Assembly: GCA_963767925.1 (NCBI GenBank)
Contig: CAVYGB010000003.1
Coordinates: 1 to 64,000, forward strand
DNA length: 64,000 nt
Direction of reading: 5' to 3'
From: an uncultured delta proteobacterium
GTDB lineage: Bacteria > Myxococcota_A > Polyangia > Fen-1088
Both the position numbers and the translations under genes were made by a program. The notes beneath the pieces are model-generated. The model worked only from the letters and a program-made list of their open reading frames with translations, was not told the DNA's origin and did not search any database. Of this stretch, positions 1-11,053 are shown piece after piece (positions within the stretch are counted from its first letter, which is position 1; each line of letters begins with the position of its first letter).

Positions 1-1
1 C

Positions 2-310
2 AACCTGCGAGAAGAATGCCTCCGGATGGGCTTGCCCCGCCCTGACGTGAGCCCGACCGAGGTGCGCGGAGTCTCGCGAGTCGGCCTCCAGGGTAGGGCG
101 CGTCTATCGTTCTCGGTCGCCGTTCGAGGACCTGTTGCGGTCGGCCGCCACCTCCACTCCGGCGGTGGCCTGTTCGTTCCGGCCACCCGTGGCGACCCAG
201 TAACTGCCTACCCGGTTGAGGCTGGAGAGGCCGGCAGCCTGGCGGGAAGTGATTTTCCGGTGGCGCCGTCGGACACACCCGAAAACAGCGATCCGATGAT
301 CCAGTCGTAA
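2..310 (+). CDS. csb2: Type I-G Cas5/Cas6 fusion Csb2, C-terminal fragment (5' end outside window)
   Basis: Open frame from base 2 (NLREECLRMGLPRP...) containing GPVAVGRHLHSGGGLF, a Cas6-type Gly-rich loop; lies upstream of cas4-cas1, cas2 and an I-G-like array. Confidence 0.7.
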   Translation, partial: NLREECLRMGLPRPDVSPTEVRGVSRVGLQGRARLSFSVAVRGPVAVGRHLHSGGGLFVPATRGDPVTAYPVEAGEAGSLAGSDFPVAPSDTPENSDPMIQS

Positions 311-1743
311 TCCGGGACGGAGCCATCCCACCAGGGGAAGTTCGTCTCCGGGCCGATCTCGACGCCGTGTTCGGCCGCCCAGATCCGCAGCTCTTCAACT
401 GCGTTCTCGACCTGTAGAGCGGCGGGGACGCCGGGCAGGCATTTTCCGTCGGCCATGTGAAAGACGACCTCGGCATCGCCGACATGTTCGATGGAGCATT
501 TGCCCTCGTGCAACAGGCGGTGGTGGCGGGTGCAGAGGAGGACCAAGTTGCTCAGCTTCGTCTCGCCGCCGGTCATCCAGTGCTGGACGTGGTGGCCGTG
601 CAGAAAACGTGTGTGCCCACAGCCGGGAAAGCGACAGCCCCGGTCACGCAACCAGAGGGCACGCCGGATGGCCGGGGGGATGCTGCGCGTACGACGGCCG
701 ACATCCAGCACGGAGCCGTCGTCGTCTGTGCGGGTGGCCACCAGCCCGCAATCGCAGGCAATCCGACGGAGTGTCTCGGCCGGGAGCCGCGTGCCGTCGT
801 CGAGCGTCGCCACCCAGTCCCCGTCGTCACCGATCATGTCCTGATCGAGGTGCACGAAGACCTGGTACCGGTCGCCGCCGTTTCCGGTCCGTGTGCTGGC
901 GGCGCCCTCCCCTGGGGGCTCTGACAGGTACCTTTCGGCGAGGTGCACCGCCGCATCCGCCAGAGAGACCACCGGCGCTTCCTCGGAAACCTGGTTCACC
1001 TTCTTGCAACCCGGCGCCGCGCTGGGTGTCACGGACCCGGCGACAGCAGCGGTATCCACCGAAACCCTCGGTCGAGCCAAGGAGGTGGCCGAGGTGGACG
1101 AAATGGCGGATTCGCTCGCTTCGGGTGGAGCCGGGGCGTTGGGCACTTCGCGCGCGCCAGGCTGGTCGGGGAGGGTCGGGTGGGCGTTGTTCCGACGTTG
1201 TTCTCGCAAGGTGGTGCGCGCCTTCTCGATGGCCTGACGAACCAGCGCCGCCTCGTCGGGATGCAGCACCAACTCGAGACGGACCATTCCACCGGGTAGG
1301 AGGCGCTCCTGGACAGAACGATCCTCGACGAGCGGGCCTTCCTCCATCAACGAGCTCGCCACCCGCCGATATGCCCGGCAGATCTTCTCGAGCTGGGCAC
1401 CGGTCGCGTGGTGGGCAAGCTCGAGGAGGCGCGCTTCGTTTTCGGGCGTGGCGACGCGGGTCAGGGCCCGGACTTTCGCGTACGACAGTTCTCCCCGGCC
1501 GAGCGCCCTGTCGATGGCTGGTAGCGCGCCGAGCGCTCGGGCGACGCGCACCTTCTCCCGCGCGGTCGGGAGGTCGACGCCGATTCGCCACGAGAGCCAG
1601 TGCGCACAGGACACGGCACCCTGGCGTTCCCAGCCTCCATCTTCATCGAATTCGCGGATGCAGCAGAGCAGGCGCGCCGTGGCCGCGTCCAGATGCGCGG
1701 CAAGCGAGGCGATCTCGTCAGCTAGCTCGGCGGCTGTAGCCAT
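208..1743 (-). CDS. DUF222 domain / HNH endonuclease protein (13E12-repeat-like family)
   Basis: N-terminal 'SCAHWLSWRIG...AREKVRVARAL' and C-terminal 'RRALWLRDRGCRFPGC...HHVQHW..GGET.LSNLVLLC..HH' HNH motif. Confidence 0.9.
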   Translation of the reverse strand: MATAAELADEIASLAAHLDAATARLLCCIREFDEDGGWERQGAVSCAHWLSWRIGVDLPTAREKVRVARALGALPAIDRALGRGELSYAKVRALTRVATPENEARLLELAHHATGAQLEKICRAYRRVASSLMEEGPLVEDRSVQERLLPGGMVRLELVLHPDEAALVRQAIEKARTTLREQRRNNAHPTLPDQPGAREVPNAPAPPEASESAISSTSATSLARPRVSVDTAAVAGSVTPSAAPGCKKVNQVSEEAPVVSLADAAVHLAERYLSEPPGEGAASTRTGNGGDRYQVFVHLDQDMIGDDGDWVATLDDGTRLPAETLRRIACDCGLVATRTDDDGSVLDVGRRTRSIPPAIRRALWLRDRGCRFPGCGHTRFLHGHHVQHWMTGGETKLSNLVLLCTRHHRLLHEGKCSIEHVGDAEVVFHMADGKCLPGVPAALQVENAVEELRIWAAEHGVEIGPETNFPWWDGSVPDYDWIIGSLFSGVSDGATGKSLPARLPASPASTG

Positions 1744-1988
1744 GATTCAGACATGCTATTCAAATGTTCAGTAAGATCAATTAGAAATGTCCTGTTGAGT
1801 CTTTCACGCCGAAAGAAGCTCATCACGAAGGTTCGCGTGTCTTTTGCCGCTAACGCTCAAGCCGATCTGCCGGGGGTCGATGGGTCGGGGGAGCGTCCTG
1901 GCGGCCGATCTGGCCGACAGTTCCCATGGCCACCCACGTCCGCGGTGACCCCTGGCGCTCTGGCGGCAAGGACGGGTGGAGACGAACC

Positions 1989-3689
1989 ATGGCCAGTTCA
2001 GCTACCAGCTCTGCCGACGTTCCGGACCTGGTGCCGGCGCGCATGTTGAACGAGTTCACCTACTGTCCGCGGCTGGCTTGGCTCGAGTGGGTGCAGGGGG
2101 ACTTCGTGGACAGCGCCGACACCGTCGATGGGCGCCGGCACCATCGGCGCGTGGACCGGCCGACCGGTGATCTGCCCACCCCGGACGACATGCCGGAAGA
2201 TCGGGAGCAGCTTCACGCACGTTCGGTCCACCTTTCCTCGCCGAGCGCTGGATTGGTAGCTCGCATCGATCTCGTCGAGGCGAACGGCGTCGATGTGACG
2301 CCAATTGACTACAAGCGGGGAGAAGCGCCCGACGTACCCGAAGGTGCGTGGGAACCCGAGCGGGTGCAGCTCTGCGCGCAGGGCCTGATCCTCGAGGACA
2401 ACGGTTACTCGTGTCGAGAGGGTGTCCTCTACTTCGCTGGATCCCGGCGGCGCGTGACAATCCCCTTTACGCCCGAGCTTCGCGCCCGGACCCTCGAGCT
2501 CCTCGGGCAGATGCGGGAGACCATGGCGGGATCGACAATTCCGCCGCCGCTGGACGATAGCCCGAAGTGTCCCCGCTGTTCGCTGGTGGGCATCTGCCTC
2601 CCCGACGAGGTGAACCTTCTTCGGACGCAACAGGCGGAGCCCGAGGCCGACCCGGAGACGCCAAGGAAGCTCGTGCCGGCTCGCGACGATGCTCTCCCCG
2701 TATACGTTCAGGCCGCGGGAACCCGAGTCGGGAAGAGCGGCGAGGAGATCACCATCGAGCCGCGCGAGGGGGAGAAGCAAACGGCGCGACTGGCGCAGAC
2801 GTCCCAGCTCGCCCTCTTCGGGGCGGTCCAGATCTCCACGCAGGCGCTGCACGCGATCGTGGGTCGGGGCATCCCGGTCTGCTACTTCTCGACCGGCGGC
2901 TGGTTCCACGCCATCACGACCGGCCTCATGCACAAGAACGTGGAGCTGCGACGCTCCCAGTTCCGGATTGCGGACGACCCCGTGAGATCGCTGGCCCTGG
3001 CCCGCCGATTCGTCGGGAGCAAGATTCGCAATTGCCGCACCTTCTTGCGCCGGAATTCGGAGCTATCGGCGCGGTCACTCGACGCTCTGAAAGTGCTCGC
3101 CAACCAGGCCGACCAGGCCGAGTCTCCGGCTTCCCTGCTCGGCATCGAAGGAAGCGCGGCGCGAGAGTACTTCCAGAGGTTCTCCGGCCTGCTGAAACGG
3201 ACGGAGGAAGAGGGCCTCGCCTTCGACTTCGACGGTCGCAACAGAAGACCACCGAAGGATCCGGTCAACGCAATGCTGTCCCTGGCCTACGCAGTCCTGG
3301 CGAAGGACCTCACGGTAGTTCTGCAGGCGGTCGGATTCGATCCCTACCTGGGCTTTTACCACCGCCCGCGCTACGGCCGGCCGGCGCTGGCGCTGGATCT
3401 CATGGAGGAGTTCAGACCTTTGATCGCCGATTCTGTCGTGGTGAACGCCATCAATACCGGCGTCGTGCGGCGGAAGGACTTCATAGTTCGGGGTGGGGCA
3501 TACGCCTTGACCCCTCCGGGACGGGCCCGCCTCCTTCAGGCGTACGAGCGACGCATGGACGAGCTGATCACGCATCCCGTTTTCGGCTACCGCATCAGCT
3601 ACCGGCGGGTGCTGGAGGTGCAGGCACGCCTGCTGGCCAGGCACCTGGCCGGCGAGATCCCCGAGTTTCCGGGCTTCGAGACGAGGTGA
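1989..3689 (+). CDS. cas1: CRISPR-associated Cas4-Cas1 fusion
   Basis: Cas4 motifs (YCPR, DYKRG, QLCAQ, CPRCSL..IC) followed by Cas1 motifs (LLGIEG.AA..YF, NRRPP.DPVNAMLSLAY, LALDLMEEFRP). Start placed at ATG 1989; ORF track starts at 1926. Confidence 0.95.
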   Translation: MASSATSSADVPDLVPARMLNEFTYCPRLAWLEWVQGDFVDSADTVDGRRHHRRVDRPTGDLPTPDDMPEDREQLHARSVHLSSPSAGLVARIDLVEANGVDVTPIDYKRGEAPDVPEGAWEPERVQLCAQGLILEDNGYSCREGVLYFAGSRRRVTIPFTPELRARTLELLGQMRETMAGSTIPPPLDDSPKCPRCSLVGICLPDEVNLLRTQQAEPEADPETPRKLVPARDDALPVYVQAAGTRVGKSGEEITIEPREGEKQTARLAQTSQLALFGAVQISTQALHAIVGRGIPVCYFSTGGWFHAITTGLMHKNVELRRSQFRIADDPVRSLALARRFVGSKIRNCRTFLRRNSELSARSLDALKVLANQADQAESPASLLGIEGSAAREYFQRFSGLLKRTEEEGLAFDFDGRNRRPPKDPVNAMLSLAYAVLAKDLTVVLQAVGFDPYLGFYHRPRYGRPALALDLMEEFRPLIADSVVVNAINTGVVRRKDFIVRGGAYALTPPGRARLLQAYERRMDELITHPVFGYRISYRRVLEVQARLLARHLAGEIPEFPGFETR

Positions 3690-3693
3690 CAGG

Positions 3694-3984
3694 ATGCGAA
3701 CCGTCTACCTCGTGTGTTACGACATCAGCGATGATGGCCGCCTCCGCCGTGTCTACAAGACAATGCGAGGATTCGGCGATCACCTGCAGCTATCGGTCTT
3801 CCGGTGCGAGCTCTCTGCCAAGGAGCGCGCCGAGATGATCTTCGCCCTCTCCGAGATTATCTCCATGGAGGACGACCAGGTGCTCATCGTGGACATCGGT
3901 CCGCCAGACGGCCGAGCCGACACTGCCTTCGAGACCATCGGACGCCCCTACCGCCCGCCGATCCGACATGCAATTGTCGTCTGA
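3694..3984 (+). CDS. cas2: CRISPR-associated Cas2
   Basis: YLVCYDISDD.RLRRV...G.HLQLSVF motif, 96 aa, directly after cas1. Confidence 0.95.
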   Translation: MRTVYLVCYDISDDGRLRRVYKTMRGFGDHLQLSVFRCELSAKERAEMIFALSEIISMEDDQVLIVDIGPPDGRADTAFETIGRPYRPPIRHAIVV

Positions 3985-4238
3985 GGTCGGCGGCCAGGAT
4001 GCTCTGTGACAACCCCATAGCCTCCACGCGCTGGCCCGGGCGAGCGCCCCGGTGGTGCGACATCCTCCCGCGCCGCTCGCACCCGCGACGCGGGCCCCAA
4101 GCCCAAAGAAACCTTGAGGAATGGCGCCGACCACCCGGCCACGCTCGCCCGGAAAACCAGCCTACGCAACGCGCGAGTACCCCCCGCTCGCGATTGGCCC
4201 ATCAAGCCGCGGAATTCATTGACGATTCCCCGCGGGCC
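3985..4238 (+). promoter_or_regulatory. CRISPR leader
   Basis: Non-coding stretch between the cas2 stop and the first repeat; includes a GCGAGCG...CGCTCGC inverted motif. Confidence 0.7.
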
Positions 4239-7200
4239 CTCTCCGCCGTCCCCGGACGGCGGCCCCATTGAAGCGCTGGCGACGTGCTCGGACGTGGTCG
4301 CAGTCACGCGGCGCTCTCCGCCGTCCCCGGACGGCGGCCCCATTGAAGCCACCGCCGGCTCGAAGCGACCCGACGACGTACGCTCGGCTCTCCGCCGTCC
4401 CCGGACGGCGGCCCCATTGAAGCATGCGAGTCGGCGCACGCAGGGCCGTGCGTCCTGCTAGGTCCTCTCCGCCGTCCCCGGACGGCGGCCCCATTGAAGC
4501 GTGACGACGCCGCCGTGGCGTCCGCGGGTCGAGCCCGCCTCTCCGCCGTCCCCGGACGGCGGCCCCATTGAAGCCGCGAAAAGCCGCGCTGACCTCGGCG
4601 CGGAACGCTCGACCTCTCCGCCGTCCCCGGACGGCGGCCCCATTGAAGCGACGGCCAAGGTGAAGATTCGCACTCGCGCGAAGCGGCTCTCCGCCGTCCC
4701 CGGACGGCGGCCCCATTGAAGCTTGGTCAGGTACGCAATCTGTTTTTCGGGGCACTTCGGCTCTCCGCCGTCCCCGGACGGCGGCCCCATTGAAGCGTGA
4801 GCGCGGGGCCCAAATTTTCATGGTCGGAGCGCCTCTCCGCCGTCCCCGGACGGCGGCCCCATTGAAGCCCAGCCACGGAACGGTCATCGTCCACGCCTTC
4901 CGGCACCAGCTCTCCGCCGTCCCCGGACGGCGGCCCCATTGAAGCAGAACGGTGCACATTCCGCACACAAACCGCCATACTCGGCTCTCCGCCGTCCCCG
5001 GACGGCGGCCCCATTGAAGCGGGTCCAACTTCAACGGATCGCCCGACATCGTGTTCGGCTCTCCGCCGTCCCCGGACGGCGGCCCCATTGAAGCCCGCCG
5101 CGTCAAAACTGCAACAACTGGTCGCTGACCTCTCCGCCGTCCCCGGACGGCGGCCCCATTGAAGCCTCGAGAACTGCTATTTGCACCTCGTCCCGGCCGC
5201 GGCTCTCTCCGCCGTCCCCGGACGGCGGCCCCATTGAAGCTCGATCTCTCGGCCAGCCGATCGCGGACTCGCAGCAGGTCTCTCCGCCGTCCCCGGACGG
5301 CGGCCCCATTGAAGCAGGGATCTCGGTGTTCTGAATCCGCTGCGGGATCGAGTCTCTCCGCCGTCCCCGGACGGCGGCCCCATTGAAGCTCTATGCCGCT
5401 GGGCACAGCCGCCCGTTCGTCCCATCGGCTCTCCGCCGTCCCCGGACGGCGGCCCCATTGAAGCGCTCGATGTCCTCGCCCGGCCGCAGCCCCCGGATGC
5501 GGACCTCTCCGCCGTCCCCGGACGGCGGCCCCATTGAAGCACATCACTGATATGGAAGGGTCTACTCAGGAATGGGTGCCTCTCCGCCGTCCCCGGACGG
5601 CGGCCCCATTGAAGCAACTCATGGCGGATCTCGCGCCCGGAGCTGCTCGGGGGACTCTCCGCCGTCCCCGGACGGCGGCCCCATTGAAGCTCCGCCTGCA
5701 GCCGGGTGAGGGACAATTACTCCGCCCTCGGCTCTCCGCCGTCCCCGGACGGCGGCCCCATTGAAGCACTCCCGGGTTGGAGGGGCGATGGGGCCTCCCG
5801 GTCCTCTCTCCGCCGTCCCCGGACGGCGGCCCCATTGAAGCTCATGTCCCCGTCCGAGGTGGGCGGACTTCCTGGCCGACTCTCCGCCGTCCCCGGACGG
5901 CGGCCCCATTGAAGCTCGCAGAATTCAACTCGGGTGGTGTCGGGCAAATCCTCCTCTCCGCCGTCCCCGGACGGCGGCCCCATTGAAGCGCGTCCGCCCT
6001 GGCGCTCTTCATCTGGCACAAGCGAGCCAACTCTCCGCCGTCCCCGGACGGCGGCCCCATTGAAGCGGCGGCGGGATGGCGGTGCTCGACCTGCGCCACC
6101 CCGAGGCTCTCCGCCGTCCCCGGACGGCGGCCCCATTGAAGCGGGATCTTCTCCCTTGCCATCTACCTTGTACCGGCTATCTCTCCGCCGTCCCCGGACG
6201 GCGGCCCCATTGAAGCCCCACAGTCTCCCGAGCGGTCTCAGTCGCAGTCACGTGGCCTCTCCGCCGTCCCCGGACGGCGGCCCCATTGAAGCCCCTGAGA
6301 CCCTCGACGGAGCCACGGTCGGACGTCACGGGCCTCTCCGCCGTCCCCGGACGGCGGCCCCATTGAAGCGCTCTAAACGCGGTTTATCGCTACTACGCGA
6401 CTTCTTCTCTCCGCCGTCCCCGGACGGCGGCCCCATTGAAGCCCTAAAATCAAGACCCGGGCCAAGACGCTCCAAGACGCTCTCCGCCGTCCCCGGACGG
6501 CGGCCCCATTGAAGCGCGACTGCCTACACCCCTCTAATGAGCCCGTTGGACCCTCTCCGCCGTCCCCGGACGGCGGCCCCATTGAAGCACGACTCCAAGG
6601 AAAAGGGGCACTGGCGTGTTCAAGTGGAACTCTCCGCCGTCCCCGGACGGCGGCCCCATTGAAGCTGACCCCACGCACCCACCATGGATTCCATGTACCG
6701 ACGCTCTCCGCCGTCCCCGGACGGCGGCCCCATTGAAGCAAGGGCGGCTCAAGCGGGGCGTGAACACCTTGTTGAATCTCTCCGCCGTCCCCGGACGGCG
6801 GCCCCATTGAAGCATCGACAAGCTGGACAAAGAGGGACCCGATGCTTACGAGGCTCTCCGCCGTCCCCGGACGGCGGCCCCATTGAAGCTGCTCGGACAT
6901 GGGCCGGGACACCAGCACCAGGTCGCCACTCTCCGCCGTCCCCGGACGGCGGCCCCATTGAAGCTCGCAAGGGTTCCAGTCTTCGCGGTCGCTTTGGTGA
7001 CCGCTCTCCGCCGTCCCCGGACGGCGGCCCCATTGAAGCGCCTATTCCAACTGCCCGACCGATTCGACGGGCGCCTCTCCGCCGTCCCCGGACGGCGGCC
7101 CCATTGAAGCCGACCCGCACCAACGGTTGGCCGGGTTCTGATACTGGGACTCTCCGCCGTCCCCGGACGGCGGCCCCATTGAAGCTTCGTTAAATTCACT

Positions 7201-9776
7201 AAATTCGAAGTGCCTGGCAGTGTCTCTCCGCCGTCCCCGGACGGCGGCCCCATTGAAGCAAAGACCTTTTCCTTCATTGCGCCCTCCAGCCAGTCAGCTC
7301 TCCGCCGTCCCCGGACGGCGGCCCCATTGAAGCTGGAACTGACCCTGAACCTTGCGGAGGTTGTCGATCACCCTCTCCGCCGTCCCCGGACGGCGGCCCC
7401 ATTGAAGCTTCAGCTGCTCGCCCGACACCCCCTTGGCCCGGAACACCTCTCCGCCGTCCCCGGACGGCGGCCCCATTGAAGCAAGTCGTTCCTCACCGGG
7501 TGCAACCTCGCCTTCGGGCTGCTCTCCGCCGTCCCCGGACGGCGGCCCCATTGAAGCGCAACACGCCGGGGCTGGACATCAAGGATACGGGGCGGCTCTC
7601 CGCCGTCCCCGGACGGCGGCCCCATTGAAGCTGCTCATCCCCCGGCTCGCCCTTGAGGATGTCATGCAGCTCTCCGCCGTCCCCGGACGGCGGCCCCATT
7701 GAAGCCGCAGCGGCGGGGCCGCGCTGGAGCCCCACCTGGACACCTCTCCGCCGTCCCCGGACGGCGGCCCCATTGAAGCTGCGAGATCGTCAGGCTGCCC
7801 TGCCGCATGTGGCGCGGAGCTCTCCGCCGTCCCCGGACGGCGGCCCCATTGAAGCCAGGGATTGGTGGCCGGGACGATGAGCTTGCCGGCCGCTCTCCGC
7901 CGTCCCCGGACGGCGGCCCCATTGAAGCTAGAAATCGAGCAGGCCGGCCTGATCCTTCGGACGCTGACTCTCCGCCGTCCCCGGACGGCGGCCCCATTGA
8001 AGCGACATGGGCGCGTGGCACTCGGCGTGCGGAACGACCCACTCTCCGCCGTCCCCGGACGGCGGCCCCATTGAAGCTGAGCCAGGCCGGACATGTCCCG
8101 TGCCTGTTGCGCTCCTCTCCGCCGTCCCCGGACGGCGGCCCCATTGAAGCGCTGTTAGCGTGGCGGCAGCTCGGGGAGTTGTACGACTCTCCGCCGTCCC
8201 CGGACGGCGGCCCCATTGAAGCGTGGCGGACGCAGATCCAAACGTTACCCCGCCCAATGAGCTCTCCGCCGTCCCCGGACGGCGGCCCCATTGAAGCCAC
8301 TTGGCCGTGGCGTCGACGTAGAAATCCGTCTGCGCCTCTCCGCCGTCCCCGGACGGCGGCCCCATTGAAGCGGCCTGAGCGCCGCGGGCATGTACGGCAA
8401 GGTCACGTCTCTCCGCCGTCCCCGGACGGCGGCCCCATTGAAGCAACGCGGCGGGCACGCTGGGCACCGGCCAGAACGCCACCTCTCCGCCGTCCCCGGA
8501 CGGCGGCCCCATTGAAGCGAGGCTGCCCACCGGCTCACCGCGGGCGTGCCCCCGCTCTCCGCCGTCCCCGGACGGCGGCCCCATTGAAGCTTCAGCTGCT
8601 CGCCCGACACCCCCTTGGCCCGGAACACTCTCCGCCGTCCCCGGACGGCGGCCCCATTGAAGCACCTTCGACCTACTCGTCGATGGCAGCGACCTGTACA
8701 TCTCTCCGCCGTCCCCGGACGGCGGCCCCATTGAAGCCCCCTTTCGTCGATCTTGAGGCGACGGAGCGACTGGCCTCTCCGCCGTCCCCGGACGGCGGCC
8801 CCATTGAAGCTCTAGGGCCCTTGTGGGCCCCGGGGTGTGCGGGTTAGCTCTCCGCCGTCCCCGGACGGCGGCCCCATTGAAGCCGCCCACCGACGCTGTC
8901 TACGTCACCGAGTATCTGGGCGCTCTCCGCCGTCCCCGGACGGCGGCCCCATTGAAGCCGTTCGGACTCCAGGCAGCGCCGTAGAATTTGAACGGCTCTC
9001 CGCCGTCCCCGGACGGCGGCCCCATTGAAGCAATCGAAGAGTAGTCACTCTCCGCGAACTTCTTACGGCCTCTCCGCCGTCCCCGGACGGCGGCCCCATT
9101 GAAGCGTCAAGTCGCGGAACGCGTTCAGCTCGAGCACCGAGACCTCTCCGCCGTCCCCGGACGGCGGCCCCATTGAAGCGGTCTCCACGCGAGCTGGCGT
9201 GCGATCGACGCGCTTGGCTCTCCGCCGTCCCCGGACGGCGGCCCCATTGAAGCGGCGGTGTTGAAAGCGACGCCGAGTTTGCGCGCCACCCTCTCCGCCG
9301 TCCCCGGACGGCGGCCCCATTGAAGCTCAGCCCCGCGGTGTGGTCGAGGCCGGAGGCCGAGACCTCTCCGCCGTCCCCGGACGGCGGCCCCATTGAAGCA
9401 ACTTGACCTTCTGACTGCCTACCCACCCAGGGCCGGGCTCTCCGCCGTCCCCGGACGGCGGCCCCATTGAAGCGTCGCGAGAAATGCCGAGTCGTCCGGG
9501 GGGACCAGGAGCCCACTCTCCGCCGTCCCCGGACGGCGGCCCCATTGAAGCCGCCTCGGCCCGGTCTTGGTGGCCCGGGTGTTCTGCGAGCTCTCCGCCG
9601 TCCCCGGACGGCGGCCCCATTGAAGCGACTATCGACGGAAGGCGCTGCTCGATGAGCACACCGAAGCTCTCCGCCGTCCCCGGACGGCGGCCCCATTGAA
9701 GCCGGTCCACGTTTCGCAGCTCCTCGACCTCCACCTTCACCCCGCTCTCCGCCGTCCCCGGACGGCGGCCCCATTG
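4239..9776 (+). CRISPR. CRISPR array, about 75 repeats / 74 spacers; repeat CTCTCCGCCGTCCCCGGACGGCGGCCCCATTGAAGC (36 bp)
   Basis: Essentially invariant repeat with an 8-bp hairpin (CCGCCGTC/GACGGCGG) and ATTGAAGC 3' end; spacers about 35-42 nt; last repeat (9745-9776) lacks the terminal AAGC. Counted by hand. Confidence 0.98.
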
Positions 9777-11053
9777 GTATAGGCCGTCGTCAGCTCGTCG
9801 AGGCTGTTCGTGACGCCCGTGGTTGATCCACCCAGCGCCGGGGCCAGGCCCGCAGCGGTGCTCAGGGCGATCTGGATGGTGCCGTCGGGTTTCTCGAGGG
9901 CGAGGTACACCGTCTCCGAATGGGTGGGCGGCGGCGAGCTCTGGACGTTGCCGAGGACGAGGGCGTTCCTGTTCTTGTCGAGCGCCCACGAGGCGAAGTC
10001 GACCTTGACCGACTTGTTGTTGGTGGTGGCGCTGACGAAGGCCAGCTCGCCGGCCAGCAGGACCTTGGCGGTGAGGGTGCCGGCCCGGAAGCGGGCGGCG
10101 GTGTCCATCATGCCGGTGTAGGTGGTCGTCGCGGTCTGGACGGTGGGATCGTGAGCCCGGCTCGCCTCGATGCCGCTGATGTCCATCGACTGGGTCGGGG
10201 GCGCCTGCCAGCGGAAGACGGCCTTGATGAACCCGGCCACGCCGGCCCAGGTGGTCGCCGCCGGCGCCGCCAGCACGAACGAGCAGTAGGTTCTGTCGCC
10301 CCAGACCACCGCCTCCCAGGCGTCGAGCGTCTTGCTGCCGCCGGCGACGGCGGAGAATCCCCAGGGGAGCTTGCCGAGGGCGACGGAGATCCTCGCGCCG
10401 GCCGACTGCTGGCCGAGAAGCTTGGCGAAGGCCGTCGAGCCGAGGCCCATGACGATGCACTGGCCAGTCTTGGGGGTCCAGAGATCCTCGGCGCTATAGA
10501 GCATGCCGTTGATCGAGCCGGTCAGGCCATGGATGTTGCGGCCCGTGTTGGAGCCGCCGAGATTGCTTCCGCCCAGGTTGGTGCCGCCGAGGTTGTTGCC
10601 CCCCAGGTTGGAGCCGCCGAAGTTGCTGCCGCCAAGGTTACTGCCACCCAGGTTGACGCCGCCCAGGTTGACGCCGCCGAGGTTCGAGCCGCCCAGGTTG
10701 ACGCCGCCGAGGTTCGAGCCGCCCAGGTTCACTCCGCCGAGGTTGTTGCCCCCGAGGTTGTTGCCCCCGAGGTTGGTGCCGCCGAGGTTGGAACTGCCGA
10801 GGTTGGAACCGCCGAGGTTCGACCCGCCGAGGTTGGTGCCGCCGAGGTTGGCGCCGCCGAGGTTGGCGCCACCCAGGTTGTCGCCGCCCAGGTTGTCGCC
10901 GCTGAGCGCGGAGGCCTCCTGCTCGACCTCACCAGCCGGGACGGGCAACGGCTGGTCGTCCAGCGGCTCCGGGTGCACACATCCGGTGGCGGCGGCCAGG
11001 AGGGTCCCGACCGCGAGTCGAAGCACACGTTTGGCGGTCCTGCCTGACCACAC
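9737..11053 (-). CDS. Predicted lipoprotein with about 24 GGxNL pentapeptide repeats; 3' end runs into the last CRISPR repeat
   Basis: Signal peptide/lipobox-like LLAAATGC, then a (GG[DASTNV]NL)n tract and a ~250-aa unknown domain. Final residues NGAAVRGRRRAG are the antisense CRISPR repeat. GTG start 11053 (or 11026) is inferred. Confidence 0.75.
   Translation of the reverse strand: MWSGRTAKRVLRLAVGTLLAAATGCVHPEPLDDQPLPVPAGEVEQEASALSGDNLGGDNLGGANLGGANLGGTNLGGSNLGGSNLGSSNLGGTNLGGNNLGGNNLGGVNLGGSNLGGVNLGGSNLGGVNLGGVNLGGSNLGGSNFGGSNLGGNNLGGTNLGGSNLGGSNTGRNIHGLTGSINGMLYSAEDLWTPKTGQCIVMGLGSTAFAKLLGQQSAGARISVALGKLPWGFSAVAGGSKTLDAWEAVVWGDRTYCSFVLAAPAATTWAGVAGFIKAVFRWQAPPTQSMDISGIEASRAHDPTVQTATTTYTGMMDTAARFRAGTLTAKVLLAGELAFVSATTNNKSVKVDFASWALDKNRNALVLGNVQSSPPPTHSETVYLALEKPDGTIQIALSTAAGLAPALGGSTTGVTNSLDELTTAYTNGAAVRGRRRAG
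10545..10904 (-). repeat. 15-bp coding tandem repeat (GGxNL pentapeptide, about 24 copies)
   Basis: Recurring ccgaggtt/cccaggtt every 15 nt on the + strand. Confidence 0.95.

Noticed and set aside
4275..9744. Self-targeting spacers within the window
   Set aside because: Only short (about 10-13 nt) matches seen by eye, expected by chance at this GC content; an exhaustive alignment was not possible.
4114..9774. Dozens of ORFs over the CRISPR array (MGPPSGDGGE, LQWGRRPGTAE, FNGAAVRGRRR repeats)
   Set aside because: Translations of the CRISPR repeat, not genes.
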